Shown here piece by piece: positions 39,797-50,730 of a stretch of 64,000 nt of DNA. The position numbers and the translations under genes were made by a program. Source of the stretch: Trueperaceae bacterium (GTDB lineage: Bacteria > Deinococcota > Deinococci > Deinococcales > Trueperaceae); the NCBI GenBank assembly GCA_965215565.1, contig CBDCDZ010000004.1:1280001-1344000 (forward strand), read 5' to 3'. Each line of letters starts with the position of its first letter. The first letter of the stretch is position 1. The notes beneath the pieces were generated by a model. That model saw only the letters and a program-made list of their open reading frames with translations. It did no database searches and was not told the DNA's origin.

Positions 39797-40996
39797 ATGC
39801 CGCAGGCACGCTGCAACTTCTGCGGGCGCACCCACGCCGAGGTCAAGCATTTGGTCGCCGCCGAAAATGGCATGACACACATCTGTAACGACTGTGTCGG
39901 GCGCATCTCAGACGTGCTCGCGAAGGCGAAGACGCAGCCCGCACCTCTTCTGCGGTTGCCAACGCCCAGAGAGGTCAAGCATCATCTAGACGCTTACGTG
40001 ATCGAGCAAGAGGAAGCGAAGAAAACCCTCGCGGTGGCTGTTTTCAACCACTACCGCCGCTTGCAACACCCGGACGCCGAGTTGCAAAAAGCCAACATCT
40101 TGCTGCTCGGACCGAGCGGCACGGGCAAGACGCTCCTAGCCCAGACCTTAGCAGACACCTTGCAAGTCCCCTTCGCCATCGCGGACGCCACCACGCTTAC
40201 CGAAGCGGGCTACGTCGGCGACGACGTGGAAAACATCATTCTGCGGCTTTTGCAAACGGCGGACTACAACGTCGAGGCGGCGGAGCGGGGCATCATCTAC
40301 ATCGACGAGATCGACAAGATCGCCCGCAAAAGCGAAGGGACGAGCATTACGAGAGATGTCTCGGGCGAAGGGGTGCAGCAGGCGCTTCTCAAGATCATCG
40401 AAGGCACCGTGACGCACGTGCCGCCGCAAGGGGGGCGCAAGCACCCGCACCAAGAACTCATCGCGGTGGACACCTCGAACATCCTCTTTATCTGCGGCGG
40501 CGCGTTCGAGGGCATCGAGGACATCATCCGCAACCGCGTGGACGTGTCGCGCGTCGGTTTTACGCATAGCGACATCATGGAGCAGCAGAGCAACTTAGCC
40601 GCCCAAGTCTCCCCCGAAGACCTCATGCACTTCGGGCTCATCCCCGAACTCATCGGGCGTTTGGCGATCACCGCGACCTTAGAGGACCTGAGCGTCGAGG
40701 CGCTCGTGGACGTGCTCACAAAGCCGCGCAACGCTTTAACCAAGCAATTTAGAGAGCTGTTTCGGCTCGAGAACGTCGACCTCAGCTTCAATGAAGACGC
40801 GCTTAAAGAGGTGGCGAGACGCGCCAAAGCGAGAGGTACGGGCGCACGCGGGCTGCGCTCCGTGCTGGAAAAGAACCTCTTGGAAGTCATGTACGAGGTG
40901 CCAGGTAGCGATATCTCGGCGCTGAACATCAATTTGGATAACCTGGATGACCCGGACAGAATCTTGACGCAGGCGCAGCGGCAGAAAACAGCGTAA
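39797..40996 (+). CDS. clpX: Clp protease ATP-binding subunit ClpX
   Basis: C4 zinc finger, [42 protein letters not shown]. Confidence 0.97.
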   Translation: MPQARCNFCGRTHAEVKHLVAAENGMTHICNDCVGRISDVLAKAKTQPAPLLRLPTPREVKHHLDAYVIEQEEAKKTLAVAVFNHYRRLQHPDAELQKANILLLGPSGTGKTLLAQTLADTLQVPFAIADATTLTEAGYVGDDVENIILRLLQTADYNVEAAERGIIYIDEIDKIARKSEGTSITRDVSGEGVQQALLKIIEGTVTHVPPQGGRKHPHQELIAVDTSNILFICGGAFEGIEDIIRNRVDVSRVGFTHSDIMEQQSNLAAQVSPEDLMHFGLIPELIGRLAITATLEDLSVEALVDVLTKPRNALTKQFRELFRLENVDLSFNEDALKEVARRAKARGTGARGLRSVLEKNLLEVMYEVPGSDISALNINLDNLDDPDRILTQAQRQKTA

Positions 40997-41128
40997 AGGC
41001 GAGCAATGAGGTAAAAGAGAAAAGTTAAAAGCCCTTGACTTTCACTTTTCTCTTGGTCCTTTTCTCTTTTCTCTAAAAACAGCGACGTACTACCTCCGCA
41101 AAGGCACACTACTCGGTTAAACTACCCT

Positions 41129-41410
41129 ATGTTCTCGTTCCTCCGCAGAAATCCCAACTTCAAAAACGAAGGCAACTTTTTATTGGCTAGGGTGCGCACC
41201 TCGAGAAACGGCGAGGTCATCCCCGTCAGGTTGTCTAAGTCGAGTGAGATGAGCGCGCAGCCGGGGGGCGGCTACTTTGTGCGCAAGGTGCTGATCGGCT
41301 CGAGCAGCCTGGATGAAGCCGTGCTAGAGGTCTCTTTGAGCCGTAGTCACCGCATCAAAAACGCAACCGTAGACGGCGGTGAACTTATCCCCATCAAAGA
41401 ATGGGAGTGA
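41129..41410 (+). CDS. Conserved hypothetical protein
   Basis: Compact ORF with leaderless -10 (TAAACT). Overlaps the next gene. Confidence 0.65.
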   Translation: MFSFLRRNPNFKNEGNFLLARVRTSRNGEVIPVRLSKSSEMSAQPGGGYFVRKVLIGSSSLDEAVLEVSLSRSHRIKNATVDGGELIPIKEWE

Positions 41411-41850
41411 GCCTGCGGGTTATCTGCCGCCTCGCCATTTTGCACGGCGACCTCTTGCTACTCGTCCGAAACGAGGGTCTCCCCTACTGGTATCCGCCCG
41501 GCGGCGGTTGGGAAGCGGGCGAGACATTGCCGGAATGCGGGGCGCGTGAGGTCTTCGAGGAAACGCAGCTACGTGTAGAGGTAGGCGAACTTCTTTTCGT
41601 GCAGGAATTCTACGGCGAAGGCAAGCACGAACGCTCCTTAGAACTCACCTTCTTTGCCAGTTTAATCGGGGAAGAGAGCGAACCGAGCATTCCTGAGCAG
41701 GAGCATCTAGCCGAGGCACGGTGGTTTAGCCGCGACGAGGCGCAAAGCGTCACCGTCTATCCGCCGCAACTGAAAGAGGTGTGGACGCAGGAACGTAGAA
41801 ATCCTTACATCGGCTTCGCTGCGGGCGAATCGCAAGGGCGCGAACAGTGA
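41401..41850 (+). CDS. NUDIX hydrolase
   Basis: PGGGWEAGETLPECGAREVFEET Nudix box. Confidence 0.9.
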   Translation: MGVSLRVICRLAILHGDLLLLVRNEGLPYWYPPGGGWEAGETLPECGAREVFEETQLRVEVGELLFVQEFYGEGKHERSLELTFFASLIGEESEPSIPEQEHLAEARWFSRDEAQSVTVYPPQLKEVWTQERRNPYIGFAAGESQGREQ

Positions 41851-41954
41851 GCCTTTATCTTCCTCTGTTAGACTCGAGCGCTTTCAGCGTCTGAACTGAA
41901 ACAAACTTCGCGCGTATCCTCCCGCAAGGATACCTGCACACAAGGAGATTCACC

Positions 41955-42491
41955 ATGATTCACCCCTGGCACGATATCCCCCTGGGCGACAACGCACCTA
42001 AAGAGGTCCGCGCTGTGATTGAGGTTCCGGGCGGCGACACGACGAAGTACGAACTTGACCCCGAACTGGGCATCATCAGCGTAGACCGCGTGCTTCACCC
42101 GCCCATCCCCTACCCGACGAACTACGGTTTTTTGCCACAGACGCTGGACGACGACGGCGACCCCATCGACGTATTGGTCATGATGCAAAACGCTGTTATT
42201 CCCCTCAGCGTGCTGCGTGTGCGCCCTATCGGAATTTTCAAGATGAAGGACAACGACGAGACCGACGACAAGCTTATCTGCGTCCATATCGACGATCCTA
42301 TGTACAGCGACTACGAAGAGGTTAGCGACCTACCCCGCTACGAGCGCGACGAACTCAAATGGTTCTTTAATTCTTACAAAGACGCGATGCAAAAAGGTGT
42401 TGACGTCGAGGACTTTCAAGGTAGAGAGGCCGCGCAAGAGGCGATTGAGCGCTGCCGCAAGCTCTACAAGGAGAAGTTCGGGGACAAGTAA
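41955..42491 (+). CDS. ppa: Inorganic pyrophosphatase (family I)
   Basis: HPWHD, KYE.D, DR, YP.NYGF.PQT..DDGDP.DV, DDK. Confidence 0.95.
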   Translation: MIHPWHDIPLGDNAPKEVRAVIEVPGGDTTKYELDPELGIISVDRVLHPPIPYPTNYGFLPQTLDDDGDPIDVLVMMQNAVIPLSVLRVRPIGIFKMKDNDETDDKLICVHIDDPMYSDYEEVSDLPRYERDELKWFFNSYKDAMQKGVDVEDFQGREAAQEAIERCRKLYKEKFGDK

Positions 42492-42499
42492 AAACTCAA

Positions 42500-42880
42500 C
42501 TACTGCGCGCTCACCAGGTCCGGGCGGAGCTTGACCGCTTCGCGCAGATAGATGTGCTTCATCTCCTTTTGGCTCTTGCGCGTGTTGACCTGCATCATCA
42601 CGCGCACCGCCAGAGGCAGGCGGTTTGGCACAGGAATTTCTTGGTTACAGATTAAGGGCACCATGTTCATGCCGAGCCGCCGCGCCGCCTCAGCGGGAAA
42701 GGTACTGCAGAGGTCAGGCGTCGTCGTAAAGAAGATCGAAGCGATAGGCTCGAACTCAGTGACGCCGTTTTCGCGCAGCATGGTCTCTAAAAGCTCCCCG
42801 GTCGCCTCTAAAATAAGCTCCGGCTCGTCGCGCGCCACCGTCGTCGCCCCGCGAATCCCTCTTACCCAGTAGTGCTCCAT
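42500..42880 (-). CDS. aroH: Chorismate mutase, AroH class
   Basis: VRGIRGATT, FTTTPDL..FPA..AR, HIYL..A..LRPDL. Confidence 0.95.
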   Translation of the reverse strand: MEHYWVRGIRGATTVARDEPELILEATGELLETMLRENGVTEFEPIASIFFTTTPDLCSTFPAEAARRLGMNMVPLICNQEIPVPNRLPLAVRVMMQVNTRKSQKEMKHIYLREAVKLRPDLVSAQ

Positions 42881-43195
42881 AAGGGTAGTGTAGCAAGTTA
42901 TTGGTAGAGAGATAAGCGGTAAGGCGAAGAGAGCAATGAGTTAAAAGCAATCCAGTTGTACCCGAAGGGCACAGGGCTGGTTATGTAATCCAGTCAAGCT
43001 GGTGGCTTTAGCTTCCGCTTACAAAGTTTTCGCAAAGGCGAAAGGAACGAACGGTCTTGCGAAGCAAACGAACGGTGAGCAACGAGTGAAAAGCTTTTGA
43101 CTTTAACTTTCAACTCATTGCTCGTTGCTCGATACTCTTGTTTACCTTTGTGCGTACACCGCGCTCTAAAAATAGTTCACGGTCTATAATGAGCT

Positions 43196-44392
43196 ATGAC
43201 AACCACACTTCGAAATGTTGAAAACAACCTCTGGTTCGAGCTAGACGCCGACCAGAAAGCGCTGATCGGCGCGCTCAAAGATTTTTTGAATCACGAAGTC
43301 GCGCCGGGCGCGTTGGAGCGCGACAAGTCGGGGGAGTTTCCCCTCGAGATCGTTAAACAGCTCGGCGAACTCGGCGTGATGGGGATGCAAGTCCCTGAGC
43401 AGTACGGCGGCTCCGCGCTAGATACTGAGACGATGGCGCGCATCATCGAAGAGATTGCCGCTGTGGACGGCTCGCTCTGCTTGAGCGTCGCCTCGCACAA
43501 CTCGCTCTGCACCGGGCATATTCAAATTGCCGGTAGTGACGCACAAAAAAGCGACTTTCTACCCGCCTTAGCGAGCGCAGAAAAACTCGGCGCGTGGGGG
43601 CTCACCGAGCCTGGCTCCGGCTCGGACGCGGCAGGGATGAAGACCAAAGCCGAGGACATGGGCGATCACTTCGTCCTTAACGGCTCGAAGATTTTTATCA
43701 CACAGGGCACGGTGGGGGGCACTTACGTAATTCTCGCCCGCACCGACGCGGCGGCGGAAGGGCGTTCGCCCTCAAGTGGCATCAGCGCGTTCGTCTTTGA
43801 CGGCGAGTCGACGGGGTTGATTCGGGGCAAGCCGGAGGAGAAGCTGGGTCTCCACTCCTCTGACACAACACCGCTCACGTTCGAGAACCTCGAGGTTCCC
43901 GCTGAAAACCTGCTCGGCGCACGTGGTCAAGCATTTAAGGACGTAATGGAGGTCTTGAACGGCGGGCGCATCGGCATCGGCGCGATGGGCATTGGGCTCG
44001 GGCGCGGCGCGCTGGAAATCGCTTCGAAGTACGCCTTAGAGCGCGAGCAGTTCGGTAAGCCTATTGCGGACAATCAAGGTATCAGCTTTAAGATTGCGGA
44101 GATGGCAACGGAACTCGAGGCGGCGCGGCTTTTGGTGTTGAAAGCGGCGGCGATGAAAGACGCGGGCAAGGACTACGCGATGGCGGCGTCGATGGCGAAG
44201 CTCAAGGGGAGCACCGCCGGGGTCAAGGCGTGCGACTACGCGATTCAGATTTTAGGCGGCTACGGCTACATCAAGGAGTACCACGTCGAACGGATGTGGC
44301 GCGACGCGCGGCTCACACGTATCGGTGAGGGCACCGATGAGATTCAGCATTTGATTATCTCGAGGGCGTATCTGTCGCAATTCCGCACATAA
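43196..44392 (+). CDS. Acyl-CoA dehydrogenase
   Basis: [41 protein letters not shown]. Confidence 0.95.
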   Translation: MTTTLRNVENNLWFELDADQKALIGALKDFLNHEVAPGALERDKSGEFPLEIVKQLGELGVMGMQVPEQYGGSALDTETMARIIEEIAAVDGSLCLSVASHNSLCTGHIQIAGSDAQKSDFLPALASAEKLGAWGLTEPGSGSDAAGMKTKAEDMGDHFVLNGSKIFITQGTVGGTYVILARTDAAAEGRSPSSGISAFVFDGESTGLIRGKPEEKLGLHSSDTTPLTFENLEVPAENLLGARGQAFKDVMEVLNGGRIGIGAMGIGLGRGALEIASKYALEREQFGKPIADNQGISFKIAEMATELEAARLLVLKAAAMKDAGKDYAMAASMAKLKGSTAGVKACDYAIQILGGYGYIKEYHVERMWRDARLTRIGEGTDEIQHLIISRAYLSQFRT

Positions 44393-44466
44393 GAGAGTAC
44401 GGAGAGCAGTTCCGCAGAGTAGCGAGCAATGAGTCTAAAGGTTTTCACTCATTGCTTTTAACTTCC

Positions 44467-47205
44467 TTACAACACCGCAATCCCCTCAATGTACCCAATC
44501 CGAATCTCAGAACTCCCCTTCTTACCCGGTGTACTCGCCCGCACGTAGGGCGTCGAGCCCGAATACGTCACCGACTCGGGGATGACCTTTTCCGTGACGC
44601 GCTTACCCTTGACTTTTTTGTCGTAGCCGTAGCGGTTGTAGTTCGTCTTTTCGTGGTGGTAGCGCAGCTCGAGCTGCCGCCCCTGCGCAATGGCCGCCTC
44701 GATGAGTTCGCGCATCTTGCGGGTGTTGAGCCCGGTCTGCATGGCGCTGCTGTCGATGACCTGCGGTTTCACGTCCGCTTTGAAGCGTTCGGCGGGCTCT
44801 ATGCCAAGCTCGGAGAGGTGTTGCTCGAGCCGCTCCTCATGCCCCTCTTGAACCAAGAAGCTCGTTGCGTTGATAGAGGTGCTCAAGTGCGGCGCAATTT
44901 TGGGGTGCTTAGCGAGCGCCGCCGCGCTCGGGTGCTGAAAGACGCGAATCGTCGCGACGGTAGGGGCGGCGCTCTGGCCACTCCACACGTTGATGAGCGC
45001 TTCTAGCTGCGGCGGCAGACCGCCTTGCGCCCGTTCGGTAAGCGCGTCGCGGGCGGCTTGGGTGAGCGCGCCAGCGCGAACCTTGTCCACGTCGAGGTGG
45101 TACCCTTTTTCGTCTTGGGTAGCGAGTTGCGCTAAGACAGCGCGCCCTGCCAAGTCGGTGGCACCCTCCAACTTGAAGTGTCCCGAAGGCAGAAAACGCA
45201 GGGTGCGGCTCGGTGCATGGCCGTAGTGGTGGCGCACCTTGACTTTAGGCGGTTGTGCGCCTTTTTCCAGTAAGACGAAGCGTTCAGCCACGGGTCTCGC
45301 CCCTCGTCCCTGCAACTTTTTCAACGCGGTGTCTCGCTCTTTTTGGCTCGCGTATTCGAGTAGCCGCACGTCCTCTCTCACCTGCAAACGCTCGCGGCGC
45401 GACGCCCAGTCGCGCAAACTCTGTGTGACGTTGTCGGGGACGCCCATGCTGTGCTCGTTCAAGAGGTCGAGTAAGCCTCTTAGGTCTAGTCCGGTCTCGA
45501 GGGCGCGGTAGAGGCTCCCTCGGCTCAGCGTGTAGCTCGCCGTTTGCGCGTCCACGCGGGTCATTGCGGCGCAACTGAGCGCGGTCATCGCGGCGGGCGT
45601 GAGCTTGTCCAGATAGACTAAAATGTCGAAGTTCGGCTGAATCAGCAAACTGGGCTCGCTGGGTTTGCCCGTCTCGGGCTCGAGCCCTCCACGAAGCTGC
45701 GCTTCGGGCAGCGTCGTGACCTCTTGCAAGGCTCGCCCACGCTGGAACCATTCGAGACCTGACGCGGGCGCGACTGCGTGCCTGTACCCGGTGTCCTCTT
45801 TGTAGAGCGACGACGCCGGTACGATCTCGCCATTAACCATCACCTTGACGCCGTCTCGAGCTTTCTTCTCGGGTTGACTCACCCCTTTCAACTCCACTAT
45901 TCCTACCAAGCCTAGTTCGTGAAACGCGCTTTGCAGCACGCTGGCGAACCAAGCGGGGCGCTCAGGCTCGGCGTCGTCACCCCAACGCGGAGCCCTAGCT
46001 ACATACCTGAGCGTCCGCGTCCACAGTTCTTCCAGCGCCGCGTCCATCTTCATAGGTCGCTCCGGCAACACTTCCAGACTCTCTAAAAGCGCCCGCTTCG
46101 CCACCTCTTTGGAGACCAGGTCGGACGCGCCCGAGCCCCAAGCGCTGTCCGCTTCGGGGAGTTGCAAGTAGGCGTCCACCACGAAGCTGTAGGTGAGCGC
46201 TAAGGGCGCGCTTCTAAGCGCGTGGAGGCGCATGGGGTTGACGCGCCAGGGGTCTTTGCTGGACTCGCTCGTAGGCGGATCGAAGAGCCCCAGCGTTACG
46301 CCTAAATGCAGCAGCGTTTCGACGCGCCCTTCTAAGTTTGGACTGCGTTTCGCTAAACGCTTGAGCAGCGTTTTACTGACCGTGCCGCGCTGGGTGATCG
46401 GCACGCCGCCCTCTTCGGTGGTAAGAGACAAGAGGTCGAACAGCTCGAGCAACGTCCGCGCTGGATGCACCGCCGTGGGCGTGACGCCCTCGAGGGGTTT
46501 TAGGGCGAGCGGTTGCGGCTCCGGGGGCGGCTCATCCGTCAGGTGCTCCAAGATGCGCGGGTCTGCAAGCAAAACGTCGTCTTCGGGGCTGCTCTCGCTC
46601 CCGTAGAACTGATAGCGCAAAAACCACGAGGCGAGGTTGCTCGTGGGGATGAGCAGCCCGTCGCGAATCAGCACGCCTAGATACTCGAGCCCCAAAGCAC
46701 TGTTAAGTTGTTGCTTGTAGACGCTGCCGCTACCCACTCGCTTATTTGGCGTTAGGCCGCGCAAGGCAGCGTAGATGATGAGTGACCAACCGTCCGCCGC
46801 GCCGCCGCGCCGCTTGACTTCGCCTAAAAGGGTACGCTCAAGCGGGCTGAGCGCGGCTACCATCTGTTTCAGCGCTGCGGGCTTACTAAGCGCCTGTTTG
46901 ACAGCTTTCTTACTCTCCGCCATGCGACTCGCGTTCGCCCCTTCGTTGAAGCGTTTAGCGACCTGCTTGAGTTGGTCGGCGTTCATATATTGCAACATGG
47001 GCTCTAACCCCACGCCTTCGCTCACAGGTATCGACGCTGCGCCGGGTGACGAAGTGAGCGTCACCTTATCGAGCCCCGAGGTGCCGACGCTTACACCCAA
47101 CATGCGAAGTTTCTCGAGCAGTTCTGATGAAATCCCTTCGTCCGTCTCCAACTCACGCTCGCCGCTCAACTCACTGAGCAGTTCTAACAAGCTACCTCTC
47201 GCCAC
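44467..47205 (-). CDS. XPB-associated protein (Helicase_C_3 domain) with C-terminal WYL-like domain
   Basis: LIQPNFDI...YTLSRGSLYRALETG...L..L..HS..VP.NV...LRDW, and C-terminal RELIEAAIAQGRQLELRY. Confidence 0.75.
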   Translation of the reverse strand: MARGSLLELLSELSGERELETDEGISSELLEKLRMLGVSVGTSGLDKVTLTSSPGAASIPVSEGVGLEPMLQYMNADQLKQVAKRFNEGANASRMAESKKAVKQALSKPAALKQMVAALSPLERTLLGEVKRRGGAADGWSLIIYAALRGLTPNKRVGSGSVYKQQLNSALGLEYLGVLIRDGLLIPTSNLASWFLRYQFYGSESSPEDDVLLADPRILEHLTDEPPPEPQPLALKPLEGVTPTAVHPARTLLELFDLLSLTTEEGGVPITQRGTVSKTLLKRLAKRSPNLEGRVETLLHLGVTLGLFDPPTSESSKDPWRVNPMRLHALRSAPLALTYSFVVDAYLQLPEADSAWGSGASDLVSKEVAKRALLESLEVLPERPMKMDAALEELWTRTLRYVARAPRWGDDAEPERPAWFASVLQSAFHELGLVGIVELKGVSQPEKKARDGVKVMVNGEIVPASSLYKEDTGYRHAVAPASGLEWFQRGRALQEVTTLPEAQLRGGLEPETGKPSEPSLLIQPNFDILVYLDKLTPAAMTALSCAAMTRVDAQTASYTLSRGSLYRALETGLDLRGLLDLLNEHSMGVPDNVTQSLRDWASRRERLQVREDVRLLEYASQKERDTALKKLQGRGARPVAERFVLLEKGAQPPKVKVRHHYGHAPSRTLRFLPSGHFKLEGATDLAGRAVLAQLATQDEKGYHLDVDKVRAGALTQAARDALTERAQGGLPPQLEALINVWSGQSAAPTVATIRVFQHPSAAALAKHPKIAPHLSTSINATSFLVQEGHEERLEQHLSELGIEPAERFKADVKPQVIDSSAMQTGLNTRKMRELIEAAIAQGRQLELRYHHEKTNYNRYGYDKKVKGKRVTEKVIPESVTYSGSTPYVRASTPGKKGSSEIRIGYIEGIAVL

Positions 47206-47207
47206 GC

Positions 47208-47471
47208 TCAGCCCTCGACTTTAGGCGTATGCCCCGCCTTGAGCAGCGCCTTGAGAAAACTCTGGTGATGCTGGGGTAGCACAACCGCTTCGGTAGGCGA
47301 GAGCCGCGCTAAGATAAAATCTTTCAGGCGGGCGTCGGCTTGTAGAGCGCTCAACTCCGCCTCGTCTGAGACCTCGACGAGCGTCAAACCCTCGTGCAGC
47401 GCAACTTCTTTGGGAGCGGGGAGGGGCTCGAGCGAATCAAACTTGAGATTTCGTCTAGGTTTAGCGGACAT
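47208..47471 (-). CDS. Small hypothetical protein in the XPB module
   Basis: RBS AAGGAG. Ends RLSPT...LLKAGHTP, like the tails of XPB partner proteins. Confidence 0.65.
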   Translation of the reverse strand: MSAKPRRNLKFDSLEPLPAPKEVALHEGLTLVEVSDEAELSALQADARLKDFILARLSPTEAVVLPQHHQSFLKALLKAGHTPKVEG

Positions 47472-47589
47472 GAAAACTCCTTTAAGTAAAAAGCAACGAG
47501 CAATGAGTTGAAAGTGTAAAAGCGTTTTGGTTTTCACTCATTGCTCGGTACTCATTGCTCCCTATCTTTCACTACTTGGTACTCATCCT

Positions 47590-49308
47590 TTAGTTCAGCG
47601 TGCTCGCATCCCTTACTTCCGGCTCCAACCACTCCGCCTCGTCCATAATCCTATACCCGTAGCCCTGCTCGGTCAAAAAGAGCTGCCTATGGTGCGCGAA
47701 GTCCTCCTCTTTGGTCTCGCGGGTGACGAGGCTGTAGAAGTAAGCGCTGACACCCGCACGTTTCGGGCGCAGCACGCGCCCCAAGCGTTGCGCCTCCTCC
47801 TGGCGTGAGCCGAACGCGCCCGAGACCTGAATCATCACCTGCGCGTCGGGCAAGTCGAGCGCGAAATTGCCGACTCTGGATAAGACGAGCGTCTTCACGC
47901 CGCCCTCCCTAAAGGCGGCGAAGAGCCGCTCGCGTTCGCTCTGCGGGGTTTCGCCCGTGATGAGCGGCGCGTCTAGGTCATTCGCGATGAGTTCTAACTG
48001 GTGCAGATACTGTCCGATTACCAGGCTCGGCTCACCTCGGTGATGGTCTAAAATCGTTTCGACCAGCTCGCGTTTACGCGGGTTCTCGGCGGCGATGCGG
48101 AACTTCAGCGCGGGCTCTGAGACCGCGTAGCTGAGCCGCTCTTCTTCGGACAGTCTGAGTCGCACCTCGCAGCACTGTGCGTTGGCGATCCAGCCGCTTT
48201 GCTCGAGGTCTTTCCACGGCACGTCAAAGCGTTTCGGACCGATGAGCGAGAACACGTCCCCCTCGCGCCCGTCCTCGCGAATCAGCGTCGCGGTGAGCCC
48301 CAAACGCCGCCGCGCTTGCACCTCGGCGGTGAGGCGGAACACGGGCGCGGGCAAGAGGTGGACCTCGTCGTACACGATGAGCCCCCAGTCCTGCTCGCGA
48401 AAGAGCTGCATGTGCGGGTAGACCGCTTCGGTCTCCTCTTCGCCCTTTTTGCGCCTTTTGCGCGTAGTGAGCATCTGATAGGTGCAGAGCGTGACCGGAC
48501 CCAGCTTCTTCGCGTTGGGGCGGTACTCCGCGACGTCCTCATGCGTGAGTGTGGTTTTGTCTAGCAGCTCGCGCCCCCACTGGCTGACGCTGGTGCGGTT
48601 CGTCGTCAGGATGAGCGTGCGCTGACCGACCCTGGTCATAGCGACGAGACCCACGACGGTCTTGCCCGCGCCGGGTGGCAAGACGATGACGCCGGAGCCG
48701 CCCTGCCGGGAGCCCCCGAGATAGAAGGCTTCCGCCGCGTCCTCTTGATAAGAACGCACCTGCAAGGTGTCGGCTAAAGCGACGGAAAGCTCTAACCCGT
48801 CACGGTAGCCCGCCAAGTCCTCGACGGGCCAGCCGACCTCTAAGAGCGCCTGCTTAATTAAACCCCGGTGCGCCAGCGGCACGGCGAAGGTCTGCTTGCC
48901 AAGGCGTTCGCCTAAAAGCGGGGTGACCTTGCGCTGTTTGGAGATCTCCAAGAGCAGCGCTTCGTCGCCGGGTTGGACCTCTAACCCGAGCCCCGCCCCC
49001 ACTTCCATGAGCCGCAGCCGTCCCCAGCGCCCAACGAGTTCCCGAACGTCCGTGATCACGTTTTCAGGGACGGGAAACTTGCTAAACGAGGTAAGCGCCG
49101 CCACCATCGTCTCGCTTTTTTGCCCACTGCTCGCGGCGTTCCATAAGGAGAGCGGCGTGAGCCTGTAGGTGTGCAGGTGTTCGGGGCTTTTCTCCAACTC
49201 GGCGAAGGGCGAAATCGCCGCCCTCGCCTCCTCTGCACGCGCATTGAAGGTCTCGAGGTAGATAGAGCGGTCCGCTTGCACGATGAGGGGGTTGGCAGCG
49301 TCGAACAT
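47590..49308 (-). CDS. DNA repair helicase XPB (Ssl2/Rad25-like)
   Basis: NPLIVQAD, FAELEKSPEHLHTY, GAGKT, DEVH, GLTATLIREDG (RED motif), SRQEEAQRLGR. Confidence 0.95.
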   Translation of the reverse strand: MFDAANPLIVQADRSIYLETFNARAEEARAAISPFAELEKSPEHLHTYRLTPLSLWNAASSGQKSETMVAALTSFSKFPVPENVITDVRELVGRWGRLRLMEVGAGLGLEVQPGDEALLLEISKQRKVTPLLGERLGKQTFAVPLAHRGLIKQALLEVGWPVEDLAGYRDGLELSVALADTLQVRSYQEDAAEAFYLGGSRQGGSGVIVLPPGAGKTVVGLVAMTRVGQRTLILTTNRTSVSQWGRELLDKTTLTHEDVAEYRPNAKKLGPVTLCTYQMLTTRKRRKKGEEETEAVYPHMQLFREQDWGLIVYDEVHLLPAPVFRLTAEVQARRRLGLTATLIREDGREGDVFSLIGPKRFDVPWKDLEQSGWIANAQCCEVRLRLSEEERLSYAVSEPALKFRIAAENPRKRELVETILDHHRGEPSLVIGQYLHQLELIANDLDAPLITGETPQSERERLFAAFREGGVKTLVLSRVGNFALDLPDAQVMIQVSGAFGSRQEEAQRLGRVLRPKRAGVSAYFYSLVTRETKEEDFAHHRQLFLTEQGYGYRIMDEAEWLEPEVRDASTLN

Positions 49309-49373
49309 CTCTTTAGCTTATTCGCTTAGGAAATGAGGTGCAACCTCGAGCGAACTGCGCTAGGATAGAGGGT

Positions 49374-49571
49374 GTGAAACGTGCTCTACTCAGTCGCATC
49401 ACGACTGACCCTGAAATCTGTCACGGCAAAGGGTGTATCCGAGAACTTAGATATTCGGTGGAGATGATTCTCGAGCTTCTCACGAGCGGTGTGACGTGGG
49501 ATGAGTTAGAGGATTACGAAGGCTTGGAGCGTGCGGATTTGCAAGCGGTTTCAGCTTCAGCGACCTCTTGA
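49374..49571 (+). pseudogene. DUF433 antitoxin-like gene, probably degenerate
   Basis: RITTDPEICHGK.CIR..R..VE.ILE.L..G. No intact toxin follows. Confidence 0.65.
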
Positions 49572-49752
49572 TACATTGACTCGCTAAACTTTGGGGAGCG
49601 GCGCGTAAGCTTGTGCGTGAGCGCGAACTCCGTAGGGGCTACCGAGCCCTCGCGAAAGAGATGGCGCAGCAACCCGACCCCTTCATTGACTCTGGTTTGG
49701 AAGAGACGCTAAGGCTGATAGACGAGGGGTAAAGGGCGGTCTCGAGACCGCC

Positions 49753-50730
49753 CTAACTCAGTTTGTGCAAGGTTCTCGCCAAGCCTTCTTGCCACGACAC
49801 CTTCGGCACATACCCAAGCTCTTTTTTCGCATTCTCAATAGAAAAGTGAACATCTTGCCGCATGAGCCGCGCCCTATAGCGGGTGAGCGGCGGCTCCCTT
49901 TGCGGCGCAACCTTCGCGTAAAGCGTTTCCACCACGCTGGAAAGAGGTTCGACGATACTCCCCGGCAGATTGAGGCGCGGTTTGGGTGCGTCCAAGAGGT
50001 TGGAGAGTTCGGTGAACAGCGCGCGCCAAGTCGGGGCTCCTTCGTCCGCGATAAGGTAGGTTCGCCCTGCGGCTGCGGGCGCGGACCCCGCTAAAACGAG
50101 TCCTTGCACCAGGTTCTCGGCGTACGCCGTGTTGAACACGGACGTGCCCCCGTCCACAAGAGGTAGCGTGCCGCGTCTAACCTCTCGCACAACCCTCAGA
50201 AAATTCGGGTCCCTCGTTCCGAAGGGCCACAGTCCGGGGCGGATGACAACGACTTCCAAATCTGATTTTATTGCCACATCTTCAGCTAGAACTTTTGAGT
50301 GGGCGTAGGCGTTGATGCTGCCGTCCCTAGGCAACGTGCGCGTATCTGCCTCCCTAAAACCCGTGTAGGGATGGACGGCGATGCTCGAGACCAACACCAA
50401 CCTCTTGACCTTTGACCTTTCAGCCTCTTTGAGTAGGTATTCTGTCCCCGAAACGTTCGTCTGGTAGAACCCCTCCCATGCACCCCAGTCCGCAACTTTG
50501 GCGGCGGCGTGAAAGACGACGTCAACCTCTTTGCAAACACCGCTTAGGCTCTCGGGTTGGGTGAGGTTGGCGCTTGTCAGCTCGAGCTTGGGATGCTCCA
50601 AAACTGCACCTAAGTTGTCTAGCCTCCCCCACGGACTCACCAGCGCGCGCACCGCCCAGCCTTCAGCCAGTAACCTCTCCGTAAGGTGACTGCCGATAAA
50701 GCCGTGCGCCCCGGTGACGAGCGCCTTCAC
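49753..50730 (-). CDS. NAD-dependent epimerase/dehydratase (extended SDR), candidate ceramide/ketosphinganine reductase
   Basis: VTGAHGFIG, HAAA, VSS, YAHSK. Coupled to the GNAT/CPBP genes. Confidence 0.85.
   Translation of the reverse strand: MKALVTGAHGFIGSHLTERLLAEGWAVRALVSPWGRLDNLGAVLEHPKLELTSANLTQPESLSGVCKEVDVVFHAAAKVADWGAWEGFYQTNVSGTEYLLKEAERSKVKRLVLVSSIAVHPYTGFREADTRTLPRDGSINAYAHSKVLAEDVAIKSDLEVVVIRPGLWPFGTRDPNFLRVVREVRRGTLPLVDGGTSVFNTAYAENLVQGLVLAGSAPAAAGRTYLIADEGAPTWRALFTELSNLLDAPKPRLNLPGSIVEPLSSVVETLYAKVAPQREPPLTRYRARLMRQDVHFSIENAKKELGYVPKVSWQEGLARTLHKLS

Noticed and set aside
39322..41109. Long antisense ORFs over clpP/clpX (and similar ones over hisS and aspS)
   Set aside because: Shadow ORFs expected from high-GC codon bias.
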